Shown here: positions 1 through 7,821 of the stretch, one piece after another | Layout: each line of letters opens with the position of its first letter | Position numbering within the stretch: the first letter of the stretch is position 1 | From: Octopus sinensis | Lineage: Eukaryota | Length of the DNA stretch: 7,821 nucleotides | Reading direction: 5' to 3' | Assembly (NCBI RefSeq): GCF_006345805.1 | Contig: NW_021828567.1 | Location: 1 to 7,821 of the forward strand | Notes under the pieces: generated by a model | Seen by the model: only the letters and a program-made list of their open reading frames with translations | What the model was told of the DNA's origin: nothing | Databases searched by the model: none | Translations under genes and position numbers: made by a program

Positions 1-30
1 AGATAGATAGACAGACAGACAGACAGACAG
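1..30. repeat. (AGAT)n/(AGAC)n microsatellite
   Basis: Direct reading of tandem tetranucleotide units. Confidence 0.95.
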
Positions 31-115
31 TTTCTCTTTTTCTTTACCACCACCTCTCCTCACCTATTTCATTTTCACTCTTACTTTTCTCATTCTTGTT
101 CTTATCCTTTGTCTT

Positions 116-252
116 CCTCTCTCTCTCTCTCTCACTCTCTCACCTTAAATGTTACATTCCCTTCTCTGTCTCTCCCTCTCTCTTTCCCTCTCTCTCTCTG
201 TCTCTCTCGCTCTGTCTCCCTCTCCCTCTGTCTCTCTCTTTCTCACACACAC
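116..252. repeat. (CT)n-rich polypyrimidine microsatellite ending in a short (CA)n
   Basis: Direct reading; explains the SL-rich ORFs in the track. Confidence 0.95.
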
Positions 253-265
253 ACGCTTCTATCTC

Positions 266-590
266 TATTATTCGTCGTCGTCATCATCATTATCATCATC
301 ATCATCATCATCATTATCATCATCATCATTACCACCACCATTATCACCACTCCTACTCCCACCATACCACCACCACTACCATCGCCACCATCATAATCAC
401 TATCACCACCAACATCATAATCACCATCACCGCCATCACCACCACCCCCTCCATAATCATCATCACCACCATCATTATATTCATCATTATCACCACCGCT
501 ACCCCCACCATACGACCACCACTATCACTACCACCTTCATAATCACCATCACCAACACCATTATCATCATCATCATTATCATCGTCGTTG
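266..590. repeat. Degenerate (CAT)n/(CAC)n trinucleotide array
   Basis: Direct reading; gives poly-H, poly-I and poly-S/T in the three frames. Confidence 0.93.
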
Positions 591-1042
591 TCGGCGCTCT
601 GCTGTCTATTTTGCTCCTTCCTCTTTGCATACTCTCCACTTTAAATGAATGTCATTCAAAACCTCGTGATTTTTTCTGCTAAATCGCATTTTATTTCCGA
701 ATCTGTCAGCCCTAAGTTCATCTCACCACCAACACTACCACCATCATTTACACCACCACCACCATCTCCTTTTCCTTCTCTTCGTTCTCTTCCTTTTCTT
801 CCTCCTCTCACATCTCTCCCGAACTTCGTTGCTTGTTTTTAATAACGCGGGAGAGCTTAAAAACCTGAGCAGCTCCCATTAACAATCCTGTTAAATCAAA
901 GTTATGTTACAGAGCGAATTCGCCAATATGCGGCTATCACGAAGCTCAGACTTCAATATAACCGCGTACGTGCACAATTCTGCCCTCTCACAACTCCCCA
1001 CTTAAGAGCTGCTTAAGGACATACGTATGCATTTACGTAAAC

Positions 1043-1050
1043 GTGAGTGA

Positions 1051-1085
<35 letters not shown>

Positions 1086-1090
1086 TGTGT

Positions 1091-1166
<76 letters not shown>
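1043..1166. repeat. (GT)n microsatellite
   Basis: About 110 bp of near-perfect GT repeat with a few interruptions. Confidence 0.97.
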
Positions 1167-1170
<4 letters not shown>

Positions 1171-1174
1171 GTAT

Positions 1175-1592
1175 TTTGCTGGCATCCTTTTGTCTCGGGA
1201 GACAATGGAACAGCGCATAAACTAATCCAGTCTGGTTTTTACATTTCATGTCCTCTCCAGTCTTGCGCAGGCCTGGGCTAGATGTAAGAAAATTTTGGGT
1301 AGCCCAATCGTCAGGATTCCTCTCTCGACCTTGCTGACGTAGTCCAAAGGAGTACAGAGCATTACGTTTAGCACCAGCTTGGTTGCAGGAGCTGCCGGAA
1401 GAGTGTCGAGTCGAACACTAAACCGCCTACGGGGCTCCACTCCGGATTTCTTTGAAGGTTGTCTCCTTTCCGTAACCCTGGATAGGGGCCCATACTGGGT
1501 ACTGTCAGCCGGAGCAAGCTAAGCCCGGGACTCGTGTCAGGCAGGGTCGTCACTCCCTGAAGTCGTGAAGAAAATCGCTACCCACTACCTAA
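1175..1592 (-). mobile_element. Non-autonomous RTE-clade LINE derivative (5' region joined to a short 3' tail, internally deleted)
   Basis: GC-rich island in AT/SSR DNA. Minus-strand motifs AAATCCGGAGTGGAGCCCC, CCGGCAGCTCCTGCAACCAAGCTGGTGCTAAAC and CCTTTGGA...GAGAGAGGAATCCTGACGATTGGGCTACC resemble the 5' region of metazoan RTE elements (recognised from memory, not searched). Flanked by GTAATAGTAT (1165-1174) and GTAATAGGTAT (1593-1603), a likely TSD with one indel. No RT or endonuclease sequence. Confidence 0.65.
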
Positions 1593-1874
1593 GTAATAGG
1601 TATAATACATTCTATATATGCACTTACACATATATGTACTTATTGGCACATACATAGACACCCACGCACACATATACATATGCATGTATGTTCACATATA
1701 CAAGTATATGTGTGTGTGTTTGCATATGCGTGTGTGTTTGTGCGTGTGAATAGTATTATACATTATATATATGTATATACTCATATATGTACACACTGGC
1801 ACATGCGTACATGCCCACACGCACAGTTTTATTCATGCATTTTCACATATACAAGTATATGTGTGTGCGTGTGT

Positions 1875-1900
<26 letters not shown>
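1593..1900. repeat. Degenerate tandem duplication, ~152-bp unit (about 1593-1747 and 1748-1900)
   Basis: Identical 26-mer TTCACATATACAAGTATATGTGTGTG at 1691-1716 and 1842-1867; shared ATACATT, CATATATGTAC and TGGCACAT blocks at about the same offset. Confidence 0.75.
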
Positions 1901-1917
<17 letters not shown>

Positions 1918-2000
1918 TGTGCGTGTGTGTATTTGTGTGTGTGCTCGCGCGTACGTGTGTGTGTTATGTATTTATGGATGTATATATGTGTGCAATCATA

Positions 2001-2005
2001 TAGAC

Positions 2006-2052
<47 letters not shown>

Positions 2053-2092
2053 AGAGAGATCGACAGACAGATAGATAGATAGATAGATAGAT
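2001..2092. repeat. Compound (GATA)n/(GA)n/(GACA)n microsatellite
   Basis: Direct reading. Confidence 0.95.
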
Positions 2093-2095
2093 ATG

Positions 2096-2215
2096 TTTCT
2101 TTATTAGCCACACAGGGCTGCACACAGATAGAACAAATTACAAGGTAGAGCTTTTCTTTTGAAGGTATTAAAAAAAAAAAAAAAAAAGGATGGGGAGGGT
2201 CGATCAAAAGGGATC
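2096..2215 (-). mobile_element. 5'-truncated 3' tail of a non-LTR retrotransposon (possibly L1/Tx1-like)
   Basis: Minus strand ends ...GTAATTTGTTCTATCTGTGTGCAGCCCTGTGTGGCTAATAAAGAAAC, with AATAAA at 2105-2100 directly before the repeat. It interrupts a (GATA)n array. Resembles an abundant octopus LINE 3' end from memory; clade assignment is tentative. Confidence 0.55.
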
Positions 2216-2323
<108 letters not shown>

Positions 2324-2690
2324 CCATAGACAGACATAGAGACAGATAACCAATGTAGCCTGGATCGTAAATTATCGGTGATTCAACTTGTTTATATTTA
2401 TTTATTTGTTCACTTATATGTTTCCAAAATGGCCGCTTTCCTTTTCTCCCAACAACCAAACGAAGAAAAACCAATAAAACATTCCAGAAACAAATAAAAA
2501 TCTTTCAAGAAACCAATACATCCTATGGTAGTTCTATAACTGGACTTGTTAATTGTATTGTTTTGTTGCCAAATTTGGAAGTTTTTATACTGTTTGTTTT
2601 TATTTATTTTTTATTTTTCTGCAACAATGTTCACGTGGGGATGTATATATTTCTGTGTATTTGTGTGTATGCGAGCATGTAAGCGGGCCT

Positions 2691-2700
2691 TCATATATAG

Positions 2701-2739
<39 letters not shown>

Positions 2740-2863
2740 TACATACATACATACATACATACATACATACATACATACATACATGCATACATACATATAT
2801 ATATGTGTGTGCGTATTTATAATATATATGTATTTATCTATACAATTTATATATATATATTCT

Positions 2864-2895
<32 letters not shown>

Positions 2896-2990
2896 TATAT
2901 ATATTATATATATATATATATATATTAATTAATGATATGTATTTATGATATATATATGTATTTATATATATATATATTTCTATATATAAG
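2691..2990. repeat. Compound (GATA)/(GA)/(CATA)n then (TA)n microsatellites
   Basis: Direct reading. Confidence 0.93.
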
Positions 2991-3084
2991 CACCCCACAC
3001 ACATACATATGTATACGCACGCAGACACACATATTTTATATGTGTATGAATCCTTGTTACACTACTCGTACTTATAAGTGTTTG

Positions 3085-3137
3085 TGTGTTTTTGTGTGTG
3101 TGTGTGTGTGCGAGAGAGAGTGAGAGAGAGAGAGATG

Positions 3138-3170
<33 letters not shown>
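3085..3170. repeat. (GT)n-(GA)n-(TA)n compound microsatellite
   Basis: Direct reading. Confidence 0.92.
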
Positions 3171-3173
<3 letters not shown>

Positions 3174-3289
3174 TAACATTAATGACATTTCCTTCCAATA
3201 AGTTCAATAAATGAAGCTTCTAGAAGAAATGTTGAGTGAAATAATTTTAGAAAAAGAAAATAATTGGTTCGTTCTTTTGGTCTCCTTTT

Positions 3290-3591
3290 ATGTATACGTG
3301 TGTACGTATATATGTATGTATATGTGTATGTATGTATGTATGTATGTATGTATGTATGTATGTATGTATGTATGTATGTATGTATGTATGTAGTATATGT
3401 GAATGTATGTATATGTGTATGTATGCATGTTTGTATGTATGTGTGTATGTATGTATGTATGTGTGTATGTATGTATGTGTGTATGTATGTACGTATGTAT
3501 GTATGTGTGTGTATATGCATATATCTATGTATATATGTGTATATGTTTGTATAAGTGTGTGTATGTTTATATGTGTGTTTGTGTTTATGTG

Positions 3592-3623
<32 letters not shown>

Positions 3624-4085
3624 AATATATGTGTATCTATATATAAATATATGTATGTATGTATGGATGTGTGAAGTATGTGTGTAGGTATGTATGTACG
3701 TGCGTACATACATATCTGTGTATATATGTGTGTATGCGAGTGTGTATGTGTATATGCGTGGACGTATGTATGTATATGTGTATGTGCATAGATATATGTC
3801 GGTATGTATCTGTGTATATATGTACGTATGCATATATGTATGTATGTTAGAAGTATGTGTATGTGTTTGTTTGTGAACATCTGAGTGTATTTGTGGTGTG
3901 TGTTGTATCTCTATTCATGTGTATGTTCGCGCGCGCGAGTGTGCGTCTCCGTATGGATATCCGCGCGTGTGTATGCGTGTATGCACACATATATATGTCT
4001 GTATATGTATGTGCATGTGTTTCCTTATGCAGTATTGTATGTGTATGAGTTTGCATGAGCGCATGTGTGTACGTGTATACATGTG
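3290..4085. repeat. Long degenerate (TATG)n/(TG)n simple-sequence tract
   Basis: Perfect (GTAT)n at about 3330-3390 decaying into cryptically simple alternating purine-pyrimidine DNA; source of the MYVC/THIY ORFs. Confidence 0.92.
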
Positions 4086-4501
4086 TGCGGATGCTGACGA
4101 TGGTAAATTCTTTTACATCCTAGTACTTGTCTAGAAGTATCTTTGCCAGCAATAAATAATTTCCCTTTCTCTTTCTGTTAGATAATAAGATAAGTAAGAC
4201 TCAAATGAATGTATGCGTACGCTTGCATATATATATATATATATATAATAGGATATTTATCCATTTAAAGGATATACATGCATATAATCTAATTTGTATG
4301 TGAACATACTTGGAAGTAGAATAAGAGAACGCAAGATACGGAGGAGCAGTCGGCACGAGTGCTTTTCTGGTGAAAGAGATGCTTACATACAAACGATATA
4401 GACATGTATTTATAATCATATAAGCATATTAATACAAACGTATTAGTACATGCTGTCTTGTCATGGTTTCTGCTGGCGTGTTTCTTTAGTGATTATTCTT
4501 G

Positions 4502-5219
<718 letters not shown>

Positions 5220-5257
5220 TAGATAGATAGATAGCGAGAGAGAGAGAGAGAGATGAG

Positions 5258-5304
<47 letters not shown>
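5220..5304. repeat. (GATA)n/(GA)n microsatellite
   Basis: Direct reading. Confidence 0.95.
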
Positions 5305-5305
<1 letters not shown>

Positions 5306-5790
5306 TTAATTGATTGATCAGTTATGTATACACAATGCTGTTGCAAATATGTATAATATATACGTTAATGTATGTATGTAAATGAGCCGATAACAATGTA
5401 CTATATACACACGCATAGTAGATGTGTATATGAATTACATGTATATTTGTCTGCGTAAATTATGTTTATATGTAAGTCAGGAAATGCAAGCATTCGAATA
5501 ATCTCTTACTTAGAAAATAAGATTTGGGATGTCTGACAAATTTAGCAGAATGTTCCAGAAATATGCACAATTCTTTGAAATTACCTAAGTCGGATGACAT
5601 CTAAGCTTTTGGGTAAAATTCCCAAAATACACTACAAATATACTGCTGTTACACGTACACACGCGCATACAGACACATACACATGCTGAACAGCAGGAGC
5701 GTATGCATCAACGGATGTACAAGTTTGCGTACCCGTGCTCTTACACAAGCCTACGCTTAGACATAAGACTTTTCTTTACAATCTATACAC

Positions 5791-6112
5791 GTGGATGTGT
5801 GGTAAGAAGCTTGCTTCTCAACCACATGGTTTCAGGTTCAGTCCCACTGCGTGGCGCATTGGGCAAGCGTCTTCTACCATAGCCTCGGGCTGAAAAAAGC
5901 TTTGTGAGTAGATTTGGTAGAAGGAAACTGATATGTGTGTATTCATGTGTCTGATGTTGGTGTGTTTACGTCTCCGTAACCTAGCGGTTCGGCAAAAGAT
6001 AACGATAGAATAAGTACTAGGCTCACAAAGTACAAGTCCTAGGGTCGATGTTTTCAATTAAAGACGATACTCCAGCTTGACCACAGTTGTATGACTGAAA
6101 CAAATAAATAGA
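5791..6112 (+). mobile_element. Same SINE family, copy 2 (B box intact, more diverged body, internal deletions)
   Basis: TGGATGTGTGG A box at 5792-5802; GGTTCAGTCCC B box at 5835-5845; colinear with copy 1 through ATGACTGAAACAAATAAA. Confidence 0.85.
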
Positions 6113-6204
6113 TAAATGAATAGATACATGGAGGCATATACAATGGTGACAGATGTATTGATGAACCCATTCTACGATACCTTTTCGTACTAACACAACA
6201 AAGG

Positions 6205-6330
6205 TGTTTATAAGCCATTTAAAAACACAAAAACCGTTAGATTCATTTCAACATTTAAATTTAGTTTGTCAAAATATTTTTATCGCTTTGAGACCACGTC
6301 CTGTTCACTGACAAAATTTCGTGCTGCATT
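6205..6330 (-). mobile_element. Probable Penelope-like element terminal-repeat fragment carrying a variant hammerhead
   Basis: Contains the minimal hammerhead-like fold at 6265-6315 followed by an AT-rich tail; abuts (TA)n. Boundaries approximate; PLE assignment is inferred from the ribozyme geometry. Confidence 0.4.
6265..6315 (-). ncRNA. Minimal type I hammerhead-ribozyme-like motif with G3:C8 swapped core (degenerate copy)
   Basis: RNA: UUUGUCA-GUGAACA-G-GACGU-GGUCUCAAA-GCGAU-AAA-AAUAUU-U-UGACAAA. Perfect 7-bp stem I, imperfect stem II, palindromic AAUAUU stem III, exact core spacing apart from one extra G after A9. G12 is A in this copy. Confidence 0.5.
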
Positions 6331-6350
6331 TATACATATATATATATATA
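6331..6350. repeat. (TA)n tract between the two hammerhead-like motifs
   Basis: Direct reading. Confidence 0.9.
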
Positions 6351-6550
6351 AATATTTAAGATTATTCCACTGATGAAGGCAAAGCATTTCTTATGCAAAG
6401 TCAGAAATCCGGGATCTGGGATTATCCAGTAATATTTTGTTAGTTTATTTTGTCTCTTTGTCTCTCTCCTGGTGCTGTATGAACATTTAATGTGGTTTTA
6501 GAGTCAACTTTTGACTGCTATTTCCAGCGTGTAGGTATCTCTTAGATACC
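6351..6550 (+). mobile_element. Probable second Penelope-like/retrozyme-type fragment carrying the canonical hammerhead
   Basis: Hammerhead plus T-rich downstream region and two hairpins; starts at the (TA)n. Boundaries uncertain. Confidence 0.35.
6364..6422 (+). ncRNA. Minimal type I hammerhead-ribozyme-like motif, canonical core
   Basis: AUUCCA(6364-69)-CUGAUGA(6370-76)-stem II-GAAA(6404-07)-UCCGGGA-UC(6415-16)-UGGGAU(6417-22). Stem I is 6 bp with one G.U; stem III is AUCC-G-GGAU; predicted cleavage after AUC at 6416. Confidence 0.62.
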
Positions 6551-6734
6551 CTAAATTATAATTTTAAATAATTATTACCTGCTTTAAATATCGATCTTAT
6601 CCTTATTTGTATAAATATATATATATCTTAGGAGGTTAATTATATGGCTGGTCATAGAATGACCAATGGAATGTCTACGTAAGTGCGTATTTACAGGCGT
6701 GTATATCCATGTGTGTAGTATAGGCGTAAGTACG

Positions 6735-6786
6735 CGTCGTCATCATCGTCGTCGTCGTCATCGTGTCGACATCATCATTATTATCA
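6735..6786. repeat. (CGT)n/(CAT)n trinucleotide repeat
   Basis: Direct reading. Confidence 0.88.
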
Positions 6787-7140
6787 GCATATATGATGTT
6801 CATAAATGTAACGTCTACTGCTAACAATCGTAGCATTCATGTGTCGTCTTGTTTTTTTTACCACCGTCTTTCTGGCTAGCAATATTATCTAGACTTTTAT
6901 CCTGTTTCCCCACTTTTCCTCAACGGCAATCATCTGAAATTCTGTCTCATCTAGCTACACACACCCACAAATCCTACTCTTTACATCATAGCAACTCTGT
7001 CTCCATCTTCCATAAACTTTTAGCCTAGTTTATGCATGCATCCAAGAAGAAAGAAAGCCACTAAATCGCTATTGTTCTCTGACGACAAATACGACGCTTG
7101 CTTGTCGGCCATAAATAGCTCCTTTCGTCAAAAGTACGCG

Positions 7141-7141
7141 G

Positions 7142-7210
<69 letters not shown>

Positions 7211-7211
7211 G
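7141..7211. repeat. (GATA)n microsatellite
   Basis: About 17 perfect units. Confidence 0.97.
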
Positions 7212-7479
7212 GGGAGGGGATGGTAAAAAGAGTGAGGGAGAGAAACCGGTAGAGGAAGGAGGCTGATTACGCCTCGTTTGCAAAACCAAACCTGCTTGTT
7301 CCGGTTTACTGTCCGACCAGAAGTGCATCGGATGTTCCTTCGATTAATTGCACCACTGCGCAAAACGGCACAGACTGCGAACATGCTTCAATGAGCTGTC
7401 CTATGTTCTCCTCTAATTGACCAGTCCAAGCCCAAACACAATTATTAATTTCATTTTGCTATGAAGTGGCTAATAATTC

Positions 7480-7821
7480 CGTTTCTTTCTTGACTTCTCT
7501 CCCATCTATGCCTACCACACACTTTCCAATTTCTTTCTCTCTACTTTAACCTTTCTTTTTCTCCTTTCTTTTTGCTTTCTTTTCTATTAAATTTTTTAAG
7601 GCTTTCGTTATTCTTTCTACTCCAAATCCAATTTTTCTTCGAAAATATACCTCTCTCTCTCCCTCTCCTTCCCTCTCTCTCTCACTCTCTCATTTTTTTC
7701 TCGTTTTTATTCCGAATATTTCAATCACGTGAACAATCAACATCCTTATGTCTTTCTTATATTTCCTGAGTAACTTCGTAAAATATACGACTTTTCTCCA
7801 CCCACCTCTCTATTACCCTCC
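7480..7821. repeat. Pyrimidine-rich low-complexity tract with (CT)n at about 7650-7690
   Basis: Direct reading. Confidence 0.8.

Noticed and set aside
96-682. His/Ile/Ser-rich ORFs of 95-177 aa
   Set aside because: All three frames are open only because (CT)n and (CAT/CAC)n repeats lack stops; no domain signal.
1291-1314. Minus-strand CUGACGA plus UUGGG/CCCAA hairpin as a hammerhead
   Set aside because: The hairpin is followed by AAUU, not GAAA, and no stems I or III can be drawn.
1430-1600. Complete HDV-like ribozyme at the 5' end of the RTE derivative
   Set aside because: A P1-like helix followed by GG exists, but I could not place compatible P2, P3 and J4/2 elements by hand, so it was not called as a feature.
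3179-3880. 233-aa minus-strand ORF and overlapping MYVC-type ORFs
   Set aside because: Translations of (TATG)n/(TG)n simple sequence.
4091-4152. CUGACGA with nearby hairpins as a hammerhead
   Set aside because: No GAAA after the first hairpin, and the best pairing sequesters G8/A9.
4293-4393. Plus-strand GUGAACA...GAAU as a second G3:C8 hammerhead
   Set aside because: Needs U15.1-A16.1 and U10.1-A11.1 swaps, and the core is more simply absorbed into an 11-bp stem formed by microsatellite-like flanks.
5791-5860. tRNA gene
   Set aside because: A and B boxes belong to the SINE head; no cloverleaf, and the sequence continues into the SINE body.
7079-7135. CUGACGA...UUUCGUCA as a hammerhead
   Set aside because: No GAAA on the same strand after stem II; only short inverted repeats.
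7255-7420. Cys-containing open frame (…NCTTAQNGTDCEHASMSCP…) as an EGF-like exon
   Set aside because: No pyrimidine-rich acceptor at its start, wrong Cys spacing and an in-frame stop without a donor.

Overview
Eukaryotic, microsatellite-saturated non-coding DNA (intron or intergenic), most likely from an octopus or other coleoid cephalopod. The taxon call rests on recognising the SINE family and repeat style from memory, not on a database search. No credible protein-coding gene: almost all supplied ORFs are translations of simple repeats. Embedded between the microsatellites are (i) a ~420-bp minus-strand non-autonomous RTE-type retroelement with an imperfect target-site duplication, (ii) a short LINE 3' tail inside a (GATA)n array, (iii) two copies of a tRNA-derived CORE-like SINE, one lacking its B box, and (iv) two different minimal type I hammerhead-ribozyme-like motifs pointing away from one (TA)n tract at 6331-6350. 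The plus-strand motif has the canonical CUGAUGA...GAAA core. The minus-strand motif has a reciprocally swapped G3:C8 core (GUGAACA) and a 6-nt palindromic stem III, but is decayed in this copy (G12A). Both resemble Penelope-like-element hammerheads and are the most interesting signal. All RNA folds were derived by hand and are untested.
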